Of a DNA stretch of 64,000 nt, positions 25,287 to 37,900 are shown one piece after another. The notes beneath the pieces were generated by a model, which was not told where the DNA came from, ran no database searches, and was given only the letters and a program-made list of their open reading frames with translations. The translations under genes were made by a program, and so were the position numbers. The number at the start of each line of letters is the position of its first letter. Position 1 is the first letter of the stretch. Origin of the DNA: Podarcis muralis. Its lineage: Eukaryota. The DNA lies in assembly GCF_964188315.1 (NCBI RefSeq), contig NC_135664.1, positions 7,068,001 to 7,132,000 on the forward strand, given 5' to 3'.

Positions 25287-28168
25287 TGCAATGTTATAAT
25301 GCATCTAAAATGATTTTTCTTTACTAATGTAGCTGAGTCCTTTGTTGGTCAATAATGGTTTACTGTGCATGTAAACCAGTCAGACCTTTAGATAGTAAAG
25401 AGGTATATAAATGGAAATAACGAAAGAATAATAAAATAATCCGTTTTCACAGGTTGCTGGACATGTCATGCTTAAACCCTACAGTAGCCTATGCTGGGGG
25501 AAAACACCATTAAACAATTCCACTATCTTAGATTTCGATGATATGCTACAATGTAAAAAAAATCAAATATTTTTCAGTCTTCATAATGCAGGAGGTGCAG
25601 GTGTCCATGCTCAACTTCAACTGGTGTTCCTTGTGTGCCGTTTACTCCCCTCGCAACTTTCTGTGCCAGTCACAGATACTGAATTTGATTTCAAATCAGA
25701 TATAAAGTGATTCTCAATCCTACAACGCATTAAAAAAACCATAAAGTGAGGACAACCTCACTTTAGCATGAATCCAAGATTAAATGCAATGCAGTGTTAG
25801 CTGAAAATTGCAAGTCACTTGACAGCACCAGACTGATGAGTATCATTTTGTTATAGAATTAAGCTCAGCGGTGTGGCAAATGCTCCGTCACCCAATAATT
25901 CATAGCTCTCTGTTTCTATAAAGGCAACAGTTCTGCAGCCTGAAGCATGCAGCTGATGTGAAAGAGGTTTCTGATGTGACCAAAACCACTGATGGCTGGA
26001 GGGTGCTTTTTTCCATTTCTACAGTACAGCCAAAAGAGAATGCATTTATACAAGGTAGATATTCCACACGTGTGTGTAGATTCGGCACCTTGCCCTGCAA
26101 GTTCTCAATCAGACATTATAGAAGTCCACTAAGCAAAGGGGGGAGGCTTCAGACACTTATTTTAAATGTTGCAGGTCTTTTGGCATGGCAAGGGCTTAGT
26201 GGTATAAATTATTGGCTGCGCTGGTGCCCACAGAGCCCATAAAGTGATATTTATTGCCTATGACAACCTTTGCCTGCCTATTGATTGCAGAACTTGTTCT
26301 AGATTCTACCAGAGTGGAATGAATCCAGTCTTTACTCTGGCAAAACTTTTTCACATGGAATCATCAATGCAGGCAAGGCAAACTCATCCCTCCTGCTAGT
26401 TTGGGTGACAGAGGTTGTGTACAGCTCACCTTCTGTGATTGAAGCAACCCTTTCCTCAATCTACTAAAGTAACATGGAGCTTGGGGCATCACTATGGCTT
26501 CTTGAAATTTCTCTAAGACCAGGAGACTCACTTCTAGAATAATTGGCAAGTCCATGGATTTCTTTTCAGCTCTATTGGTGGTGCAGGGATCCTCAGCACT
26601 GGTTCTCTGTGCGTATTTGCAATTCTGCTTAAACAATGGAACTGGAGGCACTGAGCTGACTTGTGGCTCTTTGTGGATGCTGGTGTCACTGACAACAGAT
26701 CTCAAGGGAACTGAGCCAAACACAAGACATTGGTCTTGGTAGCTTTAGAAGATTTCTCAAGATGACCAATTAAGAAGACTTTGGTACCTGCTTCTAGCAC
26801 CACTGAAATTACTTCAGGATTCTGTGTGTTTTATGAGCGGCTATCTCAGCACGGACAGTGCCTTTTAAATGACATTTCCTTACGCCCCTGACCTTCTTAA
26901 GTAAATATTGGGCACAAAGGATGGTCTCCAAAGTCACATTCTCCTCTCAAGGAAGTCAGGCACAACGTCTCCATCCAACTGAGCCATTTCCCCCCAAACT
27001 CCACACTTCTAGAGTCCATATTGTGCCACAAAAAAACCAGAAGGCAGGGCTTTTCTCCTGCTTTCCCAGACAGAGTGTTCCCTAGATAAAGATTTCAAGA
27101 GTAAAGTAAGTTTGAAAGAGGCAGAAAAAATATCCAGCTCTAAAGAGAAATAGACTTTTCACTCCAGTGTCAAAACAAAAAAACAGAGCTGGCAAGGCAT
27201 TCTTGCCGCCCCTCAACTGACAACTAGCAGAAAAGGCATTTGACAGAAGTCACTTCAAGCTTCAAATCAGGAGTGACTGGTTTAAAACTGACAATGAGCC
27301 ACCAACAGCGGTCTGCCCCCTGACAGCATCCCTAAGCCCTTCCTCCTTTACCTTGAGCACTTGAGTCCACTCTGTCTCCCATGTTATAACCACCCATTCT
27401 CCACCTTTCTCGCTCCCCTTCTAGAAAGAAAACAACAGCTTTACTCATGCAACTGTCCATAGAAAAAGGGTGGGAAAGTGAAGGTGGGTTGTGTTGTTTT
27501 GTTTTAAAGCAGGGGAAGGGAACCGTGGCAATATTGTTTGGTTTCTGTGCTAGGAGAAGAGTACTTCCATTCCTGCAGCGTAGAAAAACTGCTCTCCACT
27601 CCTTAACCCCTCTTATTTCTGCATCTTCCCAGCTCTTTTTTCCTTCCTCTTCTCACTCCTTAGCATTGTTGTTCTGCTCCTCCCTGCCCCTAGCTCTGCC
27701 TGTTGTAAGCTCTGGTTCCACCTACTCCTAGCTCCACCTGCTAGTAGCTGCTCTGCCCTTCACTCCACCAGGCCCAAAGGATAGCCACCACTGTGTCAAA
27801 AGCTACAGAACAATCCACAATTTGACTAATGGTAATTGTGATATGTTTTCCTTCTCATGATGTATGTGTTTACCACAGAGAGAAGATCCCTGTGCAGCAA
27901 AACTCTGGAAGCTGCCCCAGAGTTCCTACCTCTCTTCTCCAGGCTAGATAAGCTTATTATTCTTTCCAATATTACATGACAGTGTATCTTTAGAGAAGAG
28001 AGCAATTTGCCAAAGTGCACTCTTGTCCGAATGTAATTGCAACAAGCAACAGTAAGAACTGGGTGGTTAGTGAAAAAATAGATGGTATTTATAAATCTGC
28101 TCTAATAGTGAATCTACAAATAACTAGACAGGATCTAGGAATGAAAGATAAGCAGCTTGGTTTTTAAG

Positions 28169-28174
28169 TTTATT
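28169..28174 (-). terminator. Candidate ORC5 polyadenylation signal AATAAA
   Basis: tttatt on + strand, about 470 bp downstream of the ORC5 stop. Usage is not verifiable from sequence. Confidence 0.45.
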
Positions 28175-28645
28175 GTATTTTCTATTCCAATTTCTTAAAA
28201 GGTGGCCTTAGGACCGAGCTGTTTTGGCAGACAAATGCAAAAGGTTCCCATGGAGAGGAAGTGAAAGGACTGGGCATACAAACAAGGCTGCTGCCATGTT
28301 CAAAGCACAGGGGGAGACCTTCATCATAGCACAAAATACACTCCTTAGTAAAATGGGTTTCAGGCAATTTCAGCGTTAAGATAACATCATTAAGAGCAGA
28401 ACAGATTGTGCTTGGTCCCTGCTGTTTATAATTAACACGTTCTTTCCAAATACTCCAGGGTCTTGGGTAAATAGTCCTCAGCTCAGATCCATCCAGACCA
28501 ACTCGTGTTTTCATCAGATCCCATGCTGAGCCAGCACCTGTTTTGGACAAATCCAATAGAGCCCAAAGTCTCCTCTCGCTGGATGGCTAAAGTAGATAGA
28601 GGAACACCAATTGCCTTAGTTGTCATCCCAGTGTCCAGATGGTCT

Positions 28646-28691
28646 TCACAGGAAGTCATACAAGTACTTTATGATGTCAAAGTTCACAGTC
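28646..28691 (-). CDS. ORC5: ORC5 last coding exon
   Basis: ttttacAG|G ACT GTG ... CTG TGA encodes (R)TVNFDIIKYLYDFL*, the ORC5 C-terminus. Phase 2 matches the preceding exon. Confidence 0.95.
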
Positions 28692-29330
28692 CTGTAAAAC
28701 AACATAGTATGTCAGTTTACTTAAATCTCTACTCCTCTTTGGGAATGGTCAGGTCACCTGGAGCACCTTTGAACTGAGACCTCCATGGTAGTAAGATTGC
28801 GAAGTTTGAATTCTGAATGTAACAAGGCCTAGTTCTAAAATATTAAAGGTTGGAACATTGAGGTCGAGGCTCACAGACTTCTAGCACTGCTTTTTCTACA
28901 GTGGAGGAACTGGTTGCTTGCCGTCATTCCACCGGCAGGTGAGGACCTTCTTGTTCCAACAGTTTTTTGGGAACTGACTGCTTTTAATGAACAGCTGTGC
29001 TGCTTTTATTCTAATTACTTCTATGTTTAAACAGATTTTATATATGTACATAGTTTTAACTCTATTAATGTTTACTTGCTTTTATTGTATTTTCTGTTTT
29101 TTTGAAGATTTTTATTATTATCTGTAGTCATCATCATCCAACTCTCCACCCCATAGACAATACATCCTGTGACGGAGAGGCTCCACATCTAGGCCTCTAT
29201 GTGCCAAATCTTGATTGTATGCTTTGAGGGTGGAGGGAGAGAGAAGAGGACGAAAGGAGGAAGGGGGAAAGAATGCACAAATTAGGGTTCTGTGCGTCTG
29301 AGCCTCTATGTGATGCGTCCAGATCATATA

Positions 29331-29542
29331 CAGTCAAACCTCGGTTCCTGAATGGCTCCATAAATGCTCTGGTAAATGCTCCAGTTTTTGAATGTTTTTC
29401 GGAAGCCGAACGTCTGACGAGGCTTCCGCTTGAGTGCAGGAAGCTCTTGCAACCAACCGGAAGCGGCGCCTTGGTTGTCGAATGTTTTGGAAGCTGAATG
29501 GGCTCCTAGAACGGATCACATTTGACAACCAAGGTTTGACTG
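29331..29542. mobile_element. Tigger-like MITE in the ORC5 last intron
   Basis: TA TSD. TIR CAGTCAAACCT(C/T)GGTT. Body related to the element at 13506. Confidence 0.82.
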
Positions 29543-32500
29543 TATGTTGTTTCGGTGGTTTACAGCAGCTACTTGCCCCAGCTGCTACACCATCGGCCCA
29601 GATGAATGAATGAATGCACCTGAATCTTCTCGTTACACAGCTTTCAAAGACTATCAAACATTTAAAGTTGCTCATTCTCAGCACTGAAGCTTTAAAACAA
29701 ATTTAGCTCAAGAATAAAAGAGAGGTTTTTTTTAAAAAAAAATTAAAAACCAACTCTAGTAAACATGGCACACTGTTTGGAAATGCAAAGCGGCAATCTT
29801 GTCTGCTATTGAACATTCTGTTATTCGTCCAAACCACCTGTTTCAGCATTATGTATGGCATAACTCCTTCATCTGTACTAATTTGCAGTCTGCATTCTTT
29901 CTTTCTTGACAGTAGTTGACCCATGCTTTTTAACTAAACTTGAACAATCCAAGAATACTCAATAGGACAGAAGATTTGAATGTATTTTTGTGCTTTGTTA
30001 GAATAAAGAATTATACACCAAGGGAGTAAAACACAGAATTCATTTTTCCTCCTTTCCAAATACATTCTGATGTATTGTATTAACATTCTTGCACTGGGGT
30101 TTCCTTTTATATAAAAATGAGAAAAATTACAAGGTATGACAAAAATGAAACAATTTTAGAAATAATGTGTTTTGCATAAAGTAACTGAAATTGGAATTCT
30201 AAAGACTAATTGGATCTCTTATTTGCCAAGGGAGTTGGGTCTAGCTCATACACAATTTTCAAATCCATGCTTTTATTCATCATCTCTAAGGAAGTATGAT
30301 CCAGAGTACATGGAAGTGTCAAATATTATCTAGCCTATTACAATACTTAAAAGGTATGCACTTAATTAGCACATTATACATTTTAAAGATAAATGCCATC
30401 TCGTGGTTAACATGTTAGACCTTCATTACAGAGGCTTAAAACTATATTCACTGGCAAAGGTTAAGCTTGCTACACAAACACCACAATCAATCATTTGGCC
30501 TAACTAGCACCAATAATGACTCCGTAAGATGTTTTGTCCAATTAACTGACATTTCATATGCTAGCCACTTGCACTAGTGTAGGAGAAACCTAACTGTATA
30601 AGAGAAGCAACTCCACACTGAACTTCCCCACCAAGTCAAAAGCAACTCATTTTTGAAGATTAAGAATCCAGAAGATCATTAAAAAAAATGAAAGAAATAC
30701 AACTCTCCATGTAGTCACAGTTTTGAATCAGGACATAGCCTTAAAGGATCTACTACAAAGCAGTTGTACACTTTCCAATTTACATCAGTGGAGAGTACAG
30801 CTGCACCTAATCAGGACTGACCCCTCCGCAGAAAGTGAAAAGTATAAGCTACTGGAGGAGCCCTTCTGTTTCCAAGGAACTGGTACAGCAGAATGAAGTG
30901 TATGTTAGGAGGTAAAATAATAGAAAGCCTCTATGGCCCTCCAAAGTGGTTAGACCATCACCCTTGACCATTGCTAAGAGAAAGAGAAAACAGTCAATGA
31001 TATAGAAACTTAACTAGTAATTTCAATATAAGATGATTTCCCATAAACGGATCATTCCTCCTTTTTTTAACCCTTTCTACCCATCCACTACCTTTCCCTC
31101 AGTCCAAATAGAACGGCCTTTCTACTTCACTCTGCTTTGCTATTGCAAAAAGAAAACCACTGTTACATATTTGCAAGTTGTGATTCAAAATGGTTTTAAT
31201 CTCTTGCTTCCAAAACAGGAAACAAAATCCAACCATAGGCTAAGGACAGACCAAGGATATCCCTACTTAATGAAGTACCTCTTGAAGTACCCAAGAGATG
31301 CAGTATAAATACAATTTGTGGGTAATTTAAATGTGGGATAAGACATTTAAACATTGTTTCTGAAATCCTTTGGGATTTTGATTTTAAAAAATGAATTCTC
31401 GAAGTAATAAAAACATATTGGAAAGTAGATATTCTAGCATTCTGATTGAACATTATGCAAATCTTGTTCTTTTATTTTCTTCAAAGTCAAGTCTACATTT
31501 AAAGGGTTTCCAATGGTGAACCCTAAACTAATATAAATCGGGTGATTTTTCTATGTACAATTTCTCATTCTTAGCTAAGCTAATTTTGAATGAAGCGGAA
31601 GGACTAATCATTTGTGGCAGGCAACAAATAAGCAAAGGGCTAGGAAAACAACATTCTGCCTCAACATTTCCTAAGCTTTGTACAGCATGAAAAATATTAG
31701 CAGAAGCAGAGGAAAGAGGTTTTCACTCCAAATGAAATCTAAGTTTATAAATAAAAGTAACGGATAACTGCCATCACTGCAAAACCTACATCCTCATTTG
31801 ACCATCATGGTAAGTCAGTTTCTCCTAAATTATTTCACGAATGCCTATCTCTTGCCACTTTCGTGCTCGCACAGCTCAAACTAGCCACGCTATGTCTTGT
31901 TGTGTTGTATGAATATGGGCCGTGGTTTGTCTCAAACAAGGGTGGTGGCGGGGATCCTTTTGATACCTATCTCTCTTGAAAAGCTGCTTCATTTGCTTGG
32001 AGGGACACATTAGCAACCCCTTAGTTGGTATCTGTAAGTGAAATGAAGCCTAAGAAATGTAAACTTCATTTGCTGACTTTCATTCCTTTACTTCTCCTTC
32101 TCACTTCCTCTGTCTGGCATTCCCCTTACCTAATTTACACGACCATGTCCTTCAGACACGGCCCTGCCTTATTATTTTATGACATTCCATAAAGCAAGGT
32201 GGCTAACTAGATATTGAGACCTCTAGAAATTGTTGGGCGGCAGGTTATCACCCCGGACAGAAAGTATCAGTTACAACTGCAGTGCTCTGTGTAAATGCAA
32301 ACAAATGAGCAAACTCAATATAACAGATCCTCCAGAGCAAGGATGAGGAATCTGGGGCCCTCCAAATATTGTTGGGACTCAGAACTTCCCCCAGCCCCAG
32401 CCAGCATGGTGGGTGTTGCAGTCCTACAGCAATACAACAAGGTCACTGGCCTATGGCAGGTGTGACCCACCAAGCTAAATGTATTCCGGCAGCCATGTCA

Positions 32501-32791
32501 TGAAGCTAAGGAGGGGAATACACCTTTGGCCTGCTTGTTGTTTTGCCAAGCACATGTCAGGCACAGCTACTGAGCTGAATTTTGCTTGGAAGGTCACACA
32601 AATGGTGCATGTTTGCACTTCACTTTACTGCGAGATTTACAATCACTTTCATTTACTTATTTTGCAGCCGGTTTTTATTCACCCTCCGCCATCCTAAGAT
32701 GCACTTTCCTGTGAATGGCTGGGAAATATATATATATTTCTATTTTGAGAATTTGTTCAAGTAGCATAAGAAGGCCGTGAATGCAGCTTAC

Positions 32792-32904
32792 CTCGAAATG
32801 GATCTGATAAAATCTAGAGAAACACTGCATTTGTATCTTGGTCCATTGAGCTGGTCATCGTGGCCTACTAATGAGAGGAGCTGTAGCGTCACAAGGGAAG
32901 TGAT
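32792..32904 (-). CDS. ORC5: Origin recognition complex subunit 5, penultimate coding exon (113 bp)
   Basis: tttctAG|ATC...TCGAG|GTAAGC. Encodes [37 protein letters not shown](R), matching the ORC5 C-terminal region. Confidence 0.95.
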
Positions 32905-33314
32905 CTAGAAAAAGAAAACGGGGGGAGAAACATTAATTGGCTTTATGTTAATCAGGGCAGCCTTCACTACATTAACAACATACCTTTCCAACTGGCTAGC
33001 CGGTTTTACACAATAAAGCACCTGCTCAGGTCTAAACCAAGTTTAGACTGGAGAGACAAAGATGGTCAGCAAATGTAAAACTCAATTCACTGAAACAAAC
33101 AATAAAATACAGAATTGACTAAAACCCTAAGGAGTTAAAATTCTAGAGTCCTAGCTGCTCCAGCATTGTGTGCATCCTATGGCGTGGATGCCACAAGGAG
33201 GATTTTGTTGGCAAGAGTGCCATTGCCCTGGCTGTGGCACAAACCAGCACTGTACTCCAAGCTGCCTCTCCCACAGCCTGTTATTACCTGTTCCCCTAGT
33301 TGTAAGATGTAGGC

Positions 33315-33450
33315 CAGGCTTCCTCAACCTCGGCCCTCCAGATGTTTTTGGCCTACAACTCCCATGATCCCTAGCTAGCAGGACCAGTGGTCAGGGATGA
33401 TGGGAATTGTAGTCTCAAAACAACTGGAGGGCCGAGGTTGAGGAAGCGTG
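33315..33450. mobile_element. Palindromic hAT MITE (same family)
   Basis: Near-perfect TIRs and perfect TSD ATGTAGGC. Confidence 0.87.
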
Positions 33451-34423
33451 ATGTAGGCAAAGTCACACCAAGACAGACGCATCATGTCCAATCAAAACCA
33501 TTTGTCCTATTAGCTGGCATGGAGAAATGACTTGGTAAGTGTTATAATTTAGTAAGATATCAGAAAATTCTGTTTAAGAACTGACAGCTACAGTATAGTG
33601 GCTATAAGTTTTGTTTTCAGGTGCAAACACCCTATGTCTCCTATCTTTTGTTTTGTTTTGAGCGTATTTCATTTGTAGAAAACAGAAATGAAGCACATTT
33701 AGACATGTTAAAGTACAACTTGTTTTATTTTTTACAGTTAAGTGAAAAATTTGCTTTTCCACGTTCAATAAAAGGTTGCCAATTTCTTTACATTATCTTC
33801 CTTCTTTTGGCAGTATCTTCTTACCATTTTTGTGTTCCTTCAAACTGTAATCTAAACTGCCAAAATGAGAAACGTCAATAATGCCAAGTATTCAAATATA
33901 TTGTCAGGGTCTCTTTCGCTTAATTTGAGAAGAACCCCCATTCCTAAAATTATGTTTGAAAATTCTCATTTTAAACCAGTCATTCATTCAGCTAATGGAA
34001 AATTATTTAGGATCAAAGAAGAGGTTTCTTTTAAGGAGATAAATTAAGCCACACACGAATCCACAAATGCACCAAAAAGCACAGAAATTTTAAGTTATAC
34101 AGCCATACAGGTCTGGCTGGACCCTTTTTAGTGGGGATGCCAGGGACTGACCCTTCCGTCTTCTACATGTAAGACCGTGATTCACCACCTAGTTATGACC
34201 AAGGCAGCAGCCAACCGCCAGCAAACAGAAGTGGTTTCTTGACCTCAGGCTGGTCACACAATGTGACTGCTGCGTTTGTAGGTCACAAGTTGTACAGGCT
34301 GGCCTCAATGACCCATCTAGATATGATAGTATAGTATTGTATATTTTCTGACACAGCCTGAGTAATGTACACAGTGCATTATTATTACAATTTATTGCTT
34401 GCCTTCACCCTAAGGCCCCAGGG

Positions 34424-34969
34424 CGTCAGGGCTGGAATGAGACACAGGTCAGCACGAAGAAGCAGAGCTCCATTGTCAGTGAAATTTTTTATTCAAGGAA
34501 ACGGCATACAACTCAGCAACACTTCCCAGCGGATCTTAGCCCCTATGGAGCAGTTGCCAGGACTGAAGGTCTTCCAACCTTTCTAAGACTCCTCTTCACC
34601 TGGATGTTTCTCAAACTGTGTCTGCCCACCTTTGATCTCTGTTGCGCTCTCCTCATTAACCTGCACCTTCTTGGAGACCAGGGAGGGAGGGAGCTTGTTA
34701 CAGCAGGAGAGGGAGATTCCCTGGATTCTTCAGCAGTCTTTTGACCCCCTCCTCTGCTTCAGCCTCAGAATCTGCACTGCTCCCTGCCACAGGCTCTTCC
34801 TGCTCACTAAACCCTGTTGCCCCTTCAGCATCCAGCACCTCCTCCCAATCCTCTCCCCTGACCTTTCCACAGTGTCCCACCACCAACCCCCAGCTCTGAG
34901 CCTTTCTCCTCTGGGGTTTCCCCAGCTGGTACTTCCCACCATTTCTTGTCATCCAGCCAGTCCCTGACG
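34424..34969 (-). mobile_element. Solo LTR-like element (546 bp) with CG...CG termini
   Basis: 8-bp terminal inverted repeat CGTCAGGG / CCCTGACG and 5-bp TSD CAGGG (34419-34423 and 34970-34974). AATAAA on the minus strand near 34485. Frameshifted acidic/basic ORF. Confidence 0.75.
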
Positions 34970-37900
34970 CAGGGTGGGTTGTAACAGAACTTTATAGAAC
35001 TTAATTTTTTTTTTATTGTTTGGAGGCAATAAACGGAAGCTAAATCAGATATGTTCCTAAAGTGGTTAAATGTTTTGCAGCTACTCTCTTTAAAAGTATG
35101 TCTGAGGTGAAGGAGGTTGGCACCAGGAATCTGAGTTCACTTGACGGTTTGGTTAGATCTGTAATGTGCAGAGGACTCGTCTCTTTTATCCACTCTTTGC
35201 TAGTAGACCTTCAGTCCCCACCCTATTCCTCTGAAATCTGTTGGGGAGATGGATCTTTGAAGTGAATTGGATAACGTGCTATGGGGAAAACTATGGCTTA
35301 CTCCCCCTTTTAGATTAACATCCACAAATATCAGAGAAAATTCCTTCAAAATAACCCATTGATGGTTCTTGCCTCCAGTTTGTCTTGCACAAATATCATA
35401 TTAACTGCCATTTCTGAAATATAGTTTTCTCTCAATGTGTGCAGATTGCATTGTTACGAAGACAAATTTAATTAAAGTGCTATAGATTATCCATTAACAT
35501 ATTTTTTACATATAGTGGATCATGCTCAACGAAGTCTGACAACTCACCTAGATGAACGTTTTAAAATGGGGAGGGGAAGGCCACCACGAAGATCAGATTA
35601 GTATGAGAAGCAGCAACCTAAAATAAAATTGTGACTTATCCAATCCAAGAAAAGTTAGCTGCATTTAAGAGTAAATGGGACAAGTTAGTGACAGCTAATT
35701 TGAGTAACACTAATGTCAACAGGGTATAAATATATCTAATTTCCTCCAGGCTTGTTCTATAGGGCTTGGGAACAGCAGTATTACCACACAGGTGGTACAA
35801 GGTCACCTCAACTTGGTCACCTCAACCTTTTAGTGATGTTTCCACAAAGTGATTGTATGTGTGCATTATAATGTTCACCAATTAAACTGTTAAGATGCTT
35901 TTACTAATGTGGGACTGTGTTGTACTCTGCTGGTTTTTGCTATATATAATCTTACAAGTCTGGATAGTCACATTTTAAATTATTTTGCTTATTTACAGCA
36001 ACAAATCTCTACAAGTTTACAAAACAATTGTCCACAGAACACAACTAATGATGTATGCCTGGCGCTTTAGTAAAGGAAAACAGACAGAAATGGGCCCAGA
36101 CTGCTTTTCAGAAATTACTTTTACTACAGAAATTTTCTTGTATGCCTCCTAAATTTCATAGGGTTACTTTTTCTATTTAAAAAAAGGTATTTTGAACCCC
36201 TAAAGTTAAAGAGGAAAATTACTCTTCATTCACTCAGGCCCTTATTCAGTCAACGATGAAGCATAATGGAGTAATCTGTTATTACAACTGCTCTTTTACA
36301 CCCCAGTGCACCATTATTGGCTAATCATTTTTGCAGGGTATGCTTGCAGCTGGCCTCTTACACTCTGCGACTACCGATGAAAATAGGTCATATTCCACAG
36401 CAGGAATGGCATGAGGCTCATAAAAGCTCCCAGCAAACACACCAGCTTAGATGACTTGGAGTTGGACCCATCTAAATATTATGGAGAATGCAGATTCAAA
36501 AATGACCTTGCTGTTGCATTACAAATGTGCCAGCCACTCTGTTAACAACAATGGGGGACGGGGGACGGGGAGACTGTGACAAATTTCCTCTTCTTTTCTC
36601 CAAATGCAGTAAAATGGAACAGAAGGTCAGTATTGTAAAATTGCTCCCTAAATCTTACGGCTATAAATCTGAAATGGTGTCAAACCTGGATATGAAATTT
36701 CTGATTAACGTTTTAAGCATAACATGGTAGAGTAGATACAAAGACTTTGGCCATCGCTTACAGACAAGGTTACTTATCTGGGTAAACTGCAGCCCTAGTC
36801 ACCTGGTTTGATTCACGCCATTCTGGAGTAATAAGAACTCAAGGTAATTCATACATGAAAAAGTATCTCATGCCCTGTTCGTTCTCTCTCTCCTTCTCCC
36901 CCCGACTCACACACACACACACACACACAAACACACATACACCACCCACCCACCCACCATGTTAATGAAGCAAATCAGTCTTTCCCCTTCTGAGCAAAAC
37001 TGGTAGGTTTCTTTATGATTTGCTGTAATGGATGGAACTTCTGTGAAAGGTAGGAAAAAAGTAACACATCCCAATTAATGCCATATCTGTTTACCATACT
37101 GAAGATTTATCATAGTCCAAGCTTACCCAAAGGATTCAGGGTGCATTAAGTAATCATGTGCTGTCAAATCAACACAAAATCTCAAGCTTCACCTGTGACA
37201 TTCTACCCACAATAAGGGAGAAGGGTAAGAAAAAGGGGAAACGTGAGGCTGCGGTTCAAACCAAACCCACTATGGATATAGTCCTGGGAATGAGCAATTG
37301 AACATGTCCTCAGTAGCTAAAATACTGCATAAAATTAGTATGCGGTATTATCAGCAGCCATGTTCCTTCAGCTCTGCTTCTTGCACCCAAAGTTGGGCAG
37401 ATCTGAATCCCATCTGAAGATTGGGAAACTAATCTCGTGGGGGAAATCTATCCAAAATTCAAGAGGAAATGGCTCAGAGAAAAAACATTGTACTACATTA
37501 GGAAAATGATAAATGCAATGTCAAACTAACTGTGCCCCTTGGTAGGGGAAATAAACTCCCAAAGTCTCAATTGTTACAGAGCTGTTTTTCCTTTGTGTCA
37601 TATACTATACTCACAGTATTTCATTGTCACGGTATACCATAACACACATCTATCTACAAGGACAGACTTGAAAATAGCTTTAAAATGGTATAACCTTAGA
37701 TATATATATATATATGTTTAAAATAAAGAATCTTTAAGCAGCAAATAACTAGAATATTATATACTTAATATATAGAGATTTCTCATTCATGAAATGCAAG
37801 TATGAGAAACATGCCTTAAGGAGGGAAAGAAAATAGTGTTGGGACTACTAATGAAAGAAGAGGCACTGGCTTGCACAGTAAATGGCTGTTGAGTTTTCAA

